This document shows, in pieces, positions 17,651-26,264 of a stretch of DNA of 64,000 nt. The notes beneath the pieces were generated by a model that saw nothing but the letters and a program-made list of their open reading frames with translations, was not told the DNA's origin and made no database searches. Positions within the stretch are counted from its first letter, which is position 1. Every line of letters starts with the position of its first letter. The position numbers and the translations under genes were made by a program. The DNA lies in assembly GCA_037133555.1 (NCBI GenBank), contig JBAXNW010000012.1:4906-68905 (forward strand). The letters are read 5' to 3'. Origin of the DNA: Bacteroidota bacterium (GTDB lineage Bacteria > Bacteroidota > Bacteroidia > Bacteroidales > JACABE01).

Positions 17651-18844
17651 TTATTTGTCTTGGATTGCTTTAACACCCGGCAATATTCTACCTTCAAGGT
17701 ATTCGAGCATGGCACCACCACCAGTTGATACATAACTAATTTGATCGCCTAGGTTATATTGGTTGAGGGCAGCCACTGAATCACCACCACCCACTGCAGA
17801 GAAAGCTCCGCTAATTGTAGCACTGGCAACAGCAATTGCAATTGCTTTAGTGCCTTGTTTGAATCTATCCATTTCGAATACACCCATAGGGCCATTCCAA
17901 AGTATTGTTTCTGAATTGTTGATGATTTCAGCAAATCTTTTACAACTTTTAGGTCCTATATCGAGCCCCATCCAATTATCTTTGATTTCATCGGCAGAAA
18001 CTACCTGAAAATGAGAGTCATTTGAAAATGTTTCGGAAATAAGCGCATCTGTGGGCAAATAAAGATTCACACCTTTCAACATCATTTCCTGAACCATGTC
18101 ACGTGCAACGCCAATTTTGTCATCTTCAATGAGCGAATTACCCACTTTACCACCCAATGCTTTGATAAACGTAAAGGCCATCCCTCCACCTATGATCATA
18201 TTATCTACTTTGGGGATTAAATTTTTAATAATGTCAATTTTACTTGAAACTTTTGCTCCACCAATAATTGCAGTAAAGGGTGGTTTTGATTTGTGTAGAA
18301 GTTTTTCGAGGTTTTCAATTTCATTTTCCAGTAATAATCCAAAATATTTTGCTTTTGGAAAAAATTGAGCAATGGTTGCCGTGGAAGCGTGCTCCCGGTG
18401 TGAGGTACCAAAAGCATCATTGATATAAGCATCACCTAAGCTGGCAAGTTTCTTTGCAAATTCAATATCTCCATTGATTTCTTCAGGATAAAAACGCAGG
18501 TTTTCTAAAAGTATGATTTCACCTGGTTTTAGTATGGCTGCAGCATCAATGGTTTTTTGACCAAACAGATCTCTCGTAAAAATAATATTACGGTTTAGTA
18601 ATTTTGATAAGTGAGGTACGATAGGGGTAAGGGTGTAATCTTCTTCATAACCTCCTTTTGGACGGCCTAAGTGGGCCATCAAAATCACTGCAGCACCGTC
18701 GTTCAGAACTTTGTTGATAGTAGGTAGAGATTCTACAATACGGGTATCGTCAGTTATCTGACGGTTATGATTCAAAGGTACATTGAAATCGACCCTGATC
18801 AATACTTTTTTGCCTTTAAAATTTACTTCACTTATTTTTTTCAT
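17651..18844 (-). CDS. pgk: phosphoglycerate kinase
   Basis: 397 aa with RVDFNVP, the AHLGRPKG signature and a C-terminal STGGGA..E.LEG. Confidence 0.95.
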   Translation of the reverse strand: MKKISEVNFKGKKVLIRVDFNVPLNHNRQITDDTRIVESLPTINKVLNDGAAVILMAHLGRPKGGYEEDYTLTPIVPHLSKLLNRNIIFTRDLFGQKTIDAAAILKPGEIILLENLRFYPEEINGDIEFAKKLASLGDAYINDAFGTSHREHASTATIAQFFPKAKYFGLLLENEIENLEKLLHKSKPPFTAIIGGAKVSSKIDIIKNLIPKVDNMIIGGGMAFTFIKALGGKVGNSLIEDDKIGVARDMVQEMMLKGVNLYLPTDALISETFSNDSHFQVVSADEIKDNWMGLDIGPKSCKRFAEIINNSETILWNGPMGVFEMDRFKQGTKAIAIAVASATISGAFSAVGGGDSVAALNQYNLGDQISYVSTGGGAMLEYLEGRILPGVKAIQDK

Positions 18845-18869
18845 AGTTATAAGGGATATTTATCGAGTT

Positions 18870-18877
18870 CAAAAATA
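18870..18877 (-). promoter_or_regulatory. candidate -7 box (TATTTTTG on the minus strand) for pgk
   Basis: Exact TAnnTTTG 26 nt upstream of the pgk ATG. Confidence 0.4.
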
Positions 18878-18942
18878 ATAAAAAAAAATTAAATTTTTAT
18901 AATATATTTAGGACAATAAGGATAAATAGGTGGTGATTTTAA

Positions 18943-18982
18943 CTAAAAAAAAGTCTGTCAGCATTCAAATAGCTGACAGACT
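18943..18982 (-). terminator. rho-independent terminator after the DUF4139-like gene
   Basis: An 11-bp stem (agtctgtcagc 18952-18962 / gctgacagact 18972-18982) is followed on the minus strand by a T-run (plus-strand A-run 18943-18951). Confidence 0.65.
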
Positions 18983-19038
18983 TGTAAATAGAATAACTTG
19001 ATTTTGCTAAATATTTAGGATGAAATTTTAAAAAAGGC

Positions 19039-20733
19039 TTAGTTCATAATTAAATTTCTTTCTTTGTCATATTTGATCGTATAAGTGAAGATCACAACTT
19101 TACTTTCTTTTGGCTTTAATTTCATCTTCCAGTTAAGCATTCCTGTATTTTCATTAAAGTTGCCTGTGAAATTCTCAGCATCAAAACTAACCTTGATATC
19201 CTTGTCGTTAGCTACAGGAATCTGGTCTTCCAGATTTAGATCAACCATTGAGCTTTTATTGTTTCTTACTGTAATTTCCATGCTTATAGTTTTTATGCGT
19301 GAACTGCCCATAATTTGTTCTTTTTCTTTATCTTTCAGTTTTTTGCGCTGAATGTTGATGCCTTTATCGCGTCCAAGCGAAAGTTCAAGCGTGTCGCTTA
19401 TTATATTGGGGTCAATATTGGTTTCACCGACAAATGCATTTTCAAAATAAATATTGGCTTTGGCTGCAACTAAATTCAATTCTTCCCAGGCGCTAAGTCG
19501 GGCAATCAGGAATGCATCTTTATCAATTTTGGGTGCTGTATAATAATTATAGCTTGTAGCAATATTGTTATATTCCTGAACAAATACAAGGTGGTATTTT
19601 CCATCACTGGGTATGGTATATGGTAAGTCAATATTATATTCCATCGCTGTTATATTTTTAGTTTGGGTAGTGTAATTTGAAGCAGTTTGAGCACTTGGGA
19701 TTTTCTTCCCTTTAGAAGAAACAGTTTCAACTTCTTCTAATGATTTAAGAGAAACTGAAGCTGGAGCATTATCTGAAGTACCCATATACATATTAGATGT
19801 GTATGCATTTACAGGCATGTAGTAATTCAAATACCATGCGGCCAGATAGGGTTTGGTATTGTTTTTTCCGGGGGTGTTGGTAGAGAGTTTTAATTTAACA
19901 TTGTTCCAGTCTTCGCCAGTATTTTGGTAAACGTTGGCTTTAAATGTCAATTCAACCGGTGCATCAACATCTTTTACACGGATGTCGTAAGCTGGTGTCC
20001 ATCCTGCATTGGAGCAGATATACGAAATAGAAAGACTTCCACTAACAGCTTCTTTTGCAGATACGGTGACAATTACCTGGTAGATTGGAGCAGTTGAACT
20101 TGTTTTTTCACTGATAAGTCTGGCTTTGTAGGCCAATAATTCGTTGTAACGGGTTTGAAGTTGTGTACGTCTCAAATTTATTTTACTTTCTTCACGTCTT
20201 ATTTTTTGAAGTTCTGTATTTATAGCGTTCATTTTAGTGTTGTAATACTCCAGGACATCTTTCAAAACAGCTAAAGAATCGCTTTTGCCACCACCACGCA
20301 TAAGGGGATTGTTAGCCAGCATTTCCTTTTGTTTGATGAATAGATCTCTACGATCTTTGATGACATCAAAATCAAAATTGATATCGTTGATAGTGTCTAG
20401 TAATGATTCTATTTTGTGTTGTAAGTTAGCAGGGATCAATATTTCAGGATTATCGGCTGGTTCCGGATATTGAATGTTATGACGTGAATCGAGGATGATG
20501 AAATTGCCTTTGCCAGAGGGTTGTATGCTCGATATATTGGTATATGGAGAAATCCCTTCAAAAACCAGTTCGCTGACACCAGGCTGTATGTTAACAGTTG
20601 CGGTTCTGACTATCTGTGCTCCATTGGTAAAAAGACTCACTTCTTTTACGGATGATTTTAAAACCTTTTGTGACTGAGCAAAAACTATATGCTGACCCAA
20701 GAGCATAAGTAAGACGATGCTGATTTTTTTCAT
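19039..20733 (-). CDS. DUF4140/DUF4139-type (MuiA-like) secreted protein
   Basis: 564 aa with the signal peptide MKKISIVLLMLLGQHIVFAQ, a central coiled-coil segment and a C-terminal beta-rich region. The family call is from overall pattern memory only. Confidence 0.55.
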   Translation of the reverse strand: MKKISIVLLMLLGQHIVFAQSQKVLKSSVKEVSLFTNGAQIVRTATVNIQPGVSELVFEGISPYTNISSIQPSGKGNFIILDSRHNIQYPEPADNPEILIPANLQHKIESLLDTINDINFDFDVIKDRRDLFIKQKEMLANNPLMRGGGKSDSLAVLKDVLEYYNTKMNAINTELQKIRREESKINLRRTQLQTRYNELLAYKARLISEKTSSTAPIYQVIVTVSAKEAVSGSLSISYICSNAGWTPAYDIRVKDVDAPVELTFKANVYQNTGEDWNNVKLKLSTNTPGKNNTKPYLAAWYLNYYMPVNAYTSNMYMGTSDNAPASVSLKSLEEVETVSSKGKKIPSAQTASNYTTQTKNITAMEYNIDLPYTIPSDGKYHLVFVQEYNNIATSYNYYTAPKIDKDAFLIARLSAWEELNLVAAKANIYFENAFVGETNIDPNIISDTLELSLGRDKGINIQRKKLKDKEKEQIMGSSRIKTISMEITVRNNKSSMVDLNLEDQIPVANDKDIKVSFDAENFTGNFNENTGMLNWKMKLKPKESKVVIFTYTIKYDKERNLIMN

Positions 20734-20970
20734 GATTTTTGGAATGATAAGTGAATAAATATATATTTTTATGATAGTTTCTTAGCAAAATCCATGCCAT
20801 GTTTGCAAAATTGTAAATAAATAGGATTGAATTCAATAAAAACGTTTTTTTTATTAATTTGAATTCTAGGTTCCTCTAAATTTTATAACTTTTTTTTAGA
20901 ATTTTATAACACTTAAGCTATCAAGTTAAAGTAATATTGCAAACTCAATTATTCATTAATTTAAAAAATC

Positions 20971-21225
20971 ATGAAAATAAATAAAAATATAGCCATCAGC
21001 GACACCGGTTTTGTGTTTAATCCTCTTAATGGTGAGTCGTTTTCTATCAACCCTATTGGAGTTGAAATCATCAATATGATGAAAGAGGATAAGTCATTCG
21101 AATTTATTATGCAGGAGATGCTTACAAAATACAGCGTTGAAGAAGCTACCATCGAAAAAGATTATTTCGATTTTATCGGAATTCTGAAACACCACAACCT
21201 AATTGAAATCAATGAAAAAGCGTAA
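20971..21225 (+). CDS. PqqD-family (RRE-like) small protein
   Basis: 84 aa. The stretch ...GFVFNPLNGESFSINPIGVEIINMMKEDKSFEFIMQEMLTKYSVEEATIEKDYFDFIGILKHHNLIE matches the PqqD layout: beta-strands ending in 'N..g..f.lN..g..iw..l', then a helical 'i...l...y.v......D...fi..L....li'. Confidence 0.7.
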   Translation: MKINKNIAISDTGFVFNPLNGESFSINPIGVEIINMMKEDKSFEFIMQEMLTKYSVEEATIEKDYFDFIGILKHHNLIEINEKA

Positions 21226-22258
21226 AGTTTGCATTGCTGTGAGTGGTTTAAATGCCATTGACAGTCCTGGTCCTGGCGTTGCAGTTATCAGGGGCTTGAG
21301 GGAGGCAGATAGTCTGGATGTTCGGATAATAGGCTTGGCTTATGAATCGCTCGAACCAGGTATTTATATGCACAACATCGTCGATAAAACCTATTCTATT
21401 CCTTATCCAACAGCAGGAACTGATAGTCTGCTTGCCAGAATGGAGTATATCAATGATATCGAAAAAATAGATGTTATCATTCCTAATTTTGATGCAGAAT
21501 TGTACTCTTTTATGAAACTGGAAGATACATTTAAGGCTATGGGAATCCATATGTTTTTGCCGACTATGCAACAATTTGAGGAGCGCCACAAAGTGAATCT
21601 TCCGGAATTTGGTAAGAAATATGATATCAAAGTACCTTTTAGTAGATCAATATTCAGCACCAATGAAATCTTCAGCCTGACGGATGATTTTGAATTCCCG
21701 ATGGTTATCAAAGGGAAATACTACGATGCCAGTATCGCCTATAATTTTGAACAAGCCAAAAGCTATTTTAATAAGATCAGTGCTAAATGGGGCTTGCCTA
21801 TTGTGGTGCAACAATTTGTACATGGTACCGAATACAATATTACAGGTTTGGGTGATGGCAAAGGAAATACCATAGCTGCTGTCCCAATGCGTAAACAATA
21901 TATAACAGATAAAGGTAAAGCCTGGGGTGGGATTTCTATCGACGATCAATCAATGATAGATTTAACCCATAAATTTGTGAGCCAGACCAAATGGAGGGGT
22001 GGCTTTGAATTAGAATTGATGAAGGGACAGGATAACGAATTTTATTTACTCGAAATAAATCCCCGGATACCAGCCTGGATTTATCTGGCAGTAGGAGTAG
22101 GTCAAAATATTCCCGAAGCATTGGTAAACCTTGCATTGGGCGAAAAAGTTGAACCCTATACCAAATATGATGTTGGTAAAATGTTTATTCGTTATGCCTG
22201 GGATATGATTGTTGATATTAAAGAATTTCAACAAATTTCAACAGTCGGGGAATTGTAA
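21212..22258 (+). CDS. ATP-grasp ligase of unknown specificity
   Basis: About 348 aa counted from ATG 21212; the track uses TTG 21203. It has a pre-ATP-grasp N-domain (KVCIAVSGLNAIDSPGPGVAVIRGL), a central FPMVIKGKYYDA segment and C-terminal FELELM...FYLLEINPRIP (the E-x-N-x-R metal/ATP motif). It overlaps the PqqD-like ORF by 14 nt. Confidence 0.8.
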   Translation: MKKRKVCIAVSGLNAIDSPGPGVAVIRGLREADSLDVRIIGLAYESLEPGIYMHNIVDKTYSIPYPTAGTDSLLARMEYINDIEKIDVIIPNFDAELYSFMKLEDTFKAMGIHMFLPTMQQFEERHKVNLPEFGKKYDIKVPFSRSIFSTNEIFSLTDDFEFPMVIKGKYYDASIAYNFEQAKSYFNKISAKWGLPIVVQQFVHGTEYNITGLGDGKGNTIAAVPMRKQYITDKGKAWGGISIDDQSMIDLTHKFVSQTKWRGGFELELMKGQDNEFYLLEINPRIPAWIYLAVGVGQNIPEALVNLALGEKVEPYTKYDVGKMFIRYAWDMIVDIKEFQQISTVGEL

Positions 22259-22282
22259 TTATTAAAAAAACAAAAAAACAAA

Positions 22283-23641
22283 ATGGAAAAATTAAGATAT
22301 GAAAGACCGGTTATAAAAAAATTAGAAACCGGAATGCCTAATAAATTTGGTTTAAGAACAGAATATGCTCCTATGACGCATATTGATGGAAATGCTGTAA
22401 AGGATTTGGTTAAAGAATATGGATCGCCCTTGTATGTGATTTCTGAAGCTACCATGCGCTCAACCATTAATAAAGCTAAAAAAGCTTTTACGACACGTTA
22501 TCCAAAGGTTCAGTTTGCCTGGAGTTATAAAACCAATTACTTAAACGCTGTTTGCAATGTATTTCACCAGGAAGGTAGCTGGGCAGAAGTAGTTTCTGGT
22601 TTTGAATACGAAAAAGCCTTACGCAATGGTGTGGATGGTAAAAAAATCATTTTCAATGGCCCTGATAAAAGCGAAGCTGATTTGCGCAAAGCCATCAGTA
22701 ATGATTCATTGATACATATTGACCACCTGGACGAATTGTATACCATACTCGAAATTACCGAAACTACTGATAAAAGACCTAAAGTTGCTATCCGTGTAAA
22801 CATGGATACAGGTATTTATCCAATCTGGGATCGTTTTGGTTTTAATTACGAAAACGGGCAAGCCTGGGATGCATTGAACAAAATTATGCGTTCTGGAAAA
22901 CTAGATTTGGTTGGACTGCATTCTCATATTGGTACTTTTATGCTGGCAGCCAGTGCTTATGCTATAGCAGCAGGTAAATTGGCTGATCTTGCTATAGGCA
23001 TCGAACAAAAATACAATCATACCATCAAATATATTGATATGGGTGGTGGATTCGCTTCCAAAAATACTTTAAAAGGTTCATATTTGCCAGGTACTGATAC
23101 CAATCCTACTTTTGATGATTTTGCGGAAGCGATAACTACAACTTTACTGAACAGTAATTTTAAAAACAACGAATTACCTACTTTGATTCTGGAAACAGGA
23201 CGTGCTTTAATAGACGATGCAGGTTATCTGATTGGAAGTGTAATTGCCAACAAACGTACTTCTGCTGGTAAACGTACCACCATTATTGATGTCGGCGTGA
23301 ACCTTTTGTTTACCGCCTTCTGGTACGAACATAAAATGACACCAGCTCAACCATTCACCCATTATACTGAAACAACCCAGGTTTTCGGACCCTTGTGTAT
23401 GAACATTGATGTGATCAGAGAAAATATCGATTTACCCTTGTTGAACAAAGGCGATCAGGTCGTGATTTCAACAATAGGTGCTTACAATATGACCCAATGG
23501 ATGCAGTTTATTACGCTAAGGCCGAATGTTGTGATGATAGATACCAATGAAACTGTACATTTAATTCGTGAAAACGAAAAATTGGAAAGTATCACTACTC
23601 ATGAAAAAATGCCTGAACACTTAAAAAAGTTTGAATTGTAA
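22283..23641 (+). CDS. fold-type III PLP-dependent decarboxylase (Orn/DAP/Arg decarboxylase family)
   Basis: 452 aa. PLP-lysine context FAWSYKTNYLNAV, glycine loop IDMGGGF and C-terminal active-site Cys context FGPLCMNIDVI. The start lies 24 nt after the ATP-grasp stop. Confidence 0.8.
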   Translation: MEKLRYERPVIKKLETGMPNKFGLRTEYAPMTHIDGNAVKDLVKEYGSPLYVISEATMRSTINKAKKAFTTRYPKVQFAWSYKTNYLNAVCNVFHQEGSWAEVVSGFEYEKALRNGVDGKKIIFNGPDKSEADLRKAISNDSLIHIDHLDELYTILEITETTDKRPKVAIRVNMDTGIYPIWDRFGFNYENGQAWDALNKIMRSGKLDLVGLHSHIGTFMLAASAYAIAAGKLADLAIGIEQKYNHTIKYIDMGGGFASKNTLKGSYLPGTDTNPTFDDFAEAITTTLLNSNFKNNELPTLILETGRALIDDAGYLIGSVIANKRTSAGKRTTIIDVGVNLLFTAFWYEHKMTPAQPFTHYTETTQVFGPLCMNIDVIRENIDLPLLNKGDQVVISTIGAYNMTQWMQFITLRPNVVMIDTNETVHLIRENEKLESITTHEKMPEHLKKFEL

Positions 23642-23672
23642 AGCATTTTAAACCGAATATTCATCAACCTTA

Positions 23673-23720
23673 AAAGCCTATTGCATTTTGTAACAAAAAA
23701 TGGAATAGGCTTTTGGTATT
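23673..23720 (+). terminator. rho-independent terminator closing the PqqD / ATP-grasp / decarboxylase operon
   Basis: A 10-bp stem (aaagcctatt 23673-23682 / aataggcttt 23704-23713) is followed by tggtatttttt. Confidence 0.6.
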
Positions 23721-23758
23721 TTTTATAAATTTGCATTCAATTACAAAAACAACAAATA

Positions 23759-24946
23759 ATGATTGAAATAACAGAAAAAATAAAGGCATTAGCAGAAAAA
23801 TATGCCAACTATACCGCTGAAAATCTTTCAAAACTTGTAAAAATCAAATCTTTAAGCATGCAAGAGCAAGAAGTGCAATTTGAACTCAAACGTCAAATGG
23901 AAGAAGCAGGCTTTGATGAGGTTTTTATGGATGGAATTGGCAATGTAATTGGAAGGATAGGGAATGGTAAAAAGATATTGGCAATTGACGGACACATGGA
24001 TACGGTGGATGTTGGTAATCTCGAAAACTGGAGTTTTGACCCTTTTTCGGGTGAAATAAAAGACGGCTACGTTCATGGTCGGGGTACAGTAGATCAGGAA
24101 GGTGGACCTGCAGCTTTTGTTACTACCGGCAGAATTTTAAAAGAACTGGGCTACGACCGCGATTTGACAATCTATTTTGTGGGAAGTGTAATGGAAGAAG
24201 ATTGTGATGGCTTGTGCTGGAAATACATCATTGAAGAAGATAAAATCCGTCCTGATTTTGCCATCAGTACCGAACCAACCAATTTAAACATTTATCGCGG
24301 TCACCGTGGCCGAATGGAAATTCATGTTCATTTCAAAGGATTATCTTCTCATGGTTCTGCTCCCCAAAGAGGTAAAAATGCAATCTATATGGCATCCCGT
24401 GCGGCCCTTGAAATTGAAAAACTGAACGAGCGTTTGGCGAACGATGAGTTTTTGGGCAAAGGCAGTGTTACTATTTCCGAAATTATTTCAGGGAGTCCTT
24501 CTTTGTGTGCAGTAGCTGATTATGCTCGTATCCATCTCGACCGTCGATTAACCTGGGGCGAAACCAAAGAATCAGCCGTAAAGGAAATTGAAGAAATTGT
24601 AAAAGAAATGGATGCCAAAGTTGAGGTATTGTATTACGATGGACTTGCTTTTACAAGCAATCATTATGGTATGGAAAAGTATTATCCTACCTGGAAAATT
24701 CCTGCTGACCATATTGCAGTTACTACAGGCGAAACAGCTTTCGTAAACTTATTTGGGAAAAAACCCTTGGTTGACAAATGGACTTTTTCTACCAATGGAA
24801 TAGCCCTCAATGGAATGTATGCAGTTCCAACCATCGGATTTGGACCAGGCAATGAAGTAATGGCTCACGCTCCTGACGAGAAAGTGCTGGTCAGCGATTT
24901 GGTAGCTGCATCTGCATTTTATGCCATGTATGCTTATTTGATATAG
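23759..24946 (+). CDS. M20-family metallohydrolase, YgeY-like
   Basis: 395 aa. The motifs ...AIDGHMDTVDVG....W.FDPF.GEIKDGYVHGRGTVDQEGG... and EEDCDGLCWKYIIEEDKIRPDFAISTEPTNLNIYRGHRGRMEI closely resemble the YgeY subgroup as I remember it. Confidence 0.7.
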   Translation: MIEITEKIKALAEKYANYTAENLSKLVKIKSLSMQEQEVQFELKRQMEEAGFDEVFMDGIGNVIGRIGNGKKILAIDGHMDTVDVGNLENWSFDPFSGEIKDGYVHGRGTVDQEGGPAAFVTTGRILKELGYDRDLTIYFVGSVMEEDCDGLCWKYIIEEDKIRPDFAISTEPTNLNIYRGHRGRMEIHVHFKGLSSHGSAPQRGKNAIYMASRAALEIEKLNERLANDEFLGKGSVTISEIISGSPSLCAVADYARIHLDRRLTWGETKESAVKEIEEIVKEMDAKVEVLYYDGLAFTSNHYGMEKYYPTWKIPADHIAVTTGETAFVNLFGKKPLVDKWTFSTNGIALNGMYAVPTIGFGPGNEVMAHAPDEKVLVSDLVAASAFYAMYAYLI

Positions 24947-24983
24947 CGATTGGTATTGGCTAAAAATAAAAACTAATAGGGGA

Positions 24984-25019
24984 AAAGAGCTTGCATTAAA
25001 ATCTAAGCTCTTTTTTTTT
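24984..25019 (+). terminator. rho-independent terminator after the M20 gene
   Basis: A 9-bp stem (aaagagctt 24984-24992 / aagctcttt 25005-25013) runs into a T-tract through 25019. Confidence 0.7.
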
Positions 25020-25199
25020 GCTTGTAAATGCATGCTTTTACTGCCACAAATTGCTAAAGTCATTAAAAATATATTTTTTCAATATTTTATTTATCAGGAG
25101 ACAACTTTTTTAATTTTTCTCTTGTCTAATCAGCATATCTAATGAATTTTTCCCAATTTCTTTCTTGCAAATAATTAACCTAATCAATATATCTATTTT

Positions 25200-26012
25200 A
25201 TGAAAAAAATCAATTTGCTCTTTACAGCTTTACTAATCTTAGTCTCGCTTTCCTGCAAGAAAGAAGTAACAACAACAACCGTTAATAGCTTAACGCCCGA
25301 AATGAAACAATGGGCTTTTATGGGTGAAACTACCTCCATTACCTGTTCCACTTGTGGTTATAGTGGTTACAATAGCTTTAACTTAATGAAGAAAAACAAT
25401 TCTGGAAAACTTATTGCATTGGCTTTCCATTGCAATGTTGAAGATGCTATGAGTTCTAATAATCTGGAATGGTCTTATGATGCATCCCGTCCAACAGGGG
25501 GAGGAATTCCTTCATTTTATATCGGTGACCAACAAGTATATTTGAGTAATTTGCAACCTTATATTGATACTTTGGTAAGACGCAGTCCTGAAGCCCAACT
25601 TAAATTCAGTACTGTCATTGTAGGTACTAAGATGAATGTTACTTCAAAAATTAAATTTTTCAAAAATGTAAGTGGCGATTATTATGTTACTTATTTTTTA
25701 TGTGAACGAGGTATTGATGGCAGCCCCTCTGCTCCTGTCGGATATGTTCAAACAAGTGGAGGCGTGGGCTATAAACACAATAATGTGGTAAGAGCTGCAA
25801 ATACATCGACTGCTTATGGTGTAAAAATCACTACAGCTGCTACAACTCCTTTGAATACAGTATTTGATTATACCTGTAGTATTGATATTGCTTCTAACTG
25901 GATCAAAACGAATCTATTTGTTACGGGCGTAATCTGGAAAAAGAATACTGTCGCTTCAGCAAGCTGTCAATATGTTTTTGTGAATGGTTGGGATGCTCAG
26001 GTTTATAATTAA
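25200..26012 (+). CDS. lipoprotein, possibly Omp28-related
   Basis: 270 aa with a lipobox LVSLSC. The TSITCSTCG...ALAFHCN arrangement resembles Omp28-related outer-membrane lipoproteins. This family call is weak. Confidence 0.45.
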   Translation: MKKINLLFTALLILVSLSCKKEVTTTTVNSLTPEMKQWAFMGETTSITCSTCGYSGYNSFNLMKKNNSGKLIALAFHCNVEDAMSSNNLEWSYDASRPTGGGIPSFYIGDQQVYLSNLQPYIDTLVRRSPEAQLKFSTVIVGTKMNVTSKIKFFKNVSGDYYVTYFLCERGIDGSPSAPVGYVQTSGGVGYKHNNVVRAANTSTAYGVKITTAATTPLNTVFDYTCSIDIASNWIKTNLFVTGVIWKKNTVASASCQYVFVNGWDAQVYN

Positions 26013-26037
26013 TAATTCGTCATTTCTGTTTTGTCTT

Positions 26038-26075
26038 AAAAGCCTTGAAAAAGAAATTTTTCGAGGCTTTTTATT
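26038..26075 (+). terminator. rho-independent terminator
   Basis: A 13-bp stem with one G-U pair (aaagccttgaaaa 26038-26050 / ttttcgaggcttt 26058-26070) is followed by ttatttc. Confidence 0.55.
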
Positions 26076-26177
26076 TCAGGAATGCTGATTTTCTTTATAA
26101 AAATACATTTTTCAATTGGAACTGAAGCCCGAATCTTTTTTCGTGAACAGGCATGCTTATTTGCTTGAAAGATTGTG

Positions 26178-26185
26178 TATCTTTG
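26178..26185 (+). promoter_or_regulatory. candidate -7 box (TATCTTTG) for the sulfatase operon
   Basis: Exact TAnnTTTG about 80 nt upstream of ATG 26265. Confidence 0.35.
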
Positions 26186-26264
26186 TCTTTCTTTTTCATG
26201 GAGAAATAGTTTTTCTCTCTACGCTTGAATATCGCTTTGTAAGATCAGAAACTTGAAAATTAAT

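Noticed and set aside
20591-20970. A search for a RiPP-type precursor ORF upstream of the PqqD-like gene, including the 81-aa minus-strand ORF at 20591-20836.
   Set aside because: Plus-strand ATGs there open frames of fewer than 10 codons. The minus-strand ORF overlaps the 5' end of the DUF4139-like gene out of frame and looks spurious.
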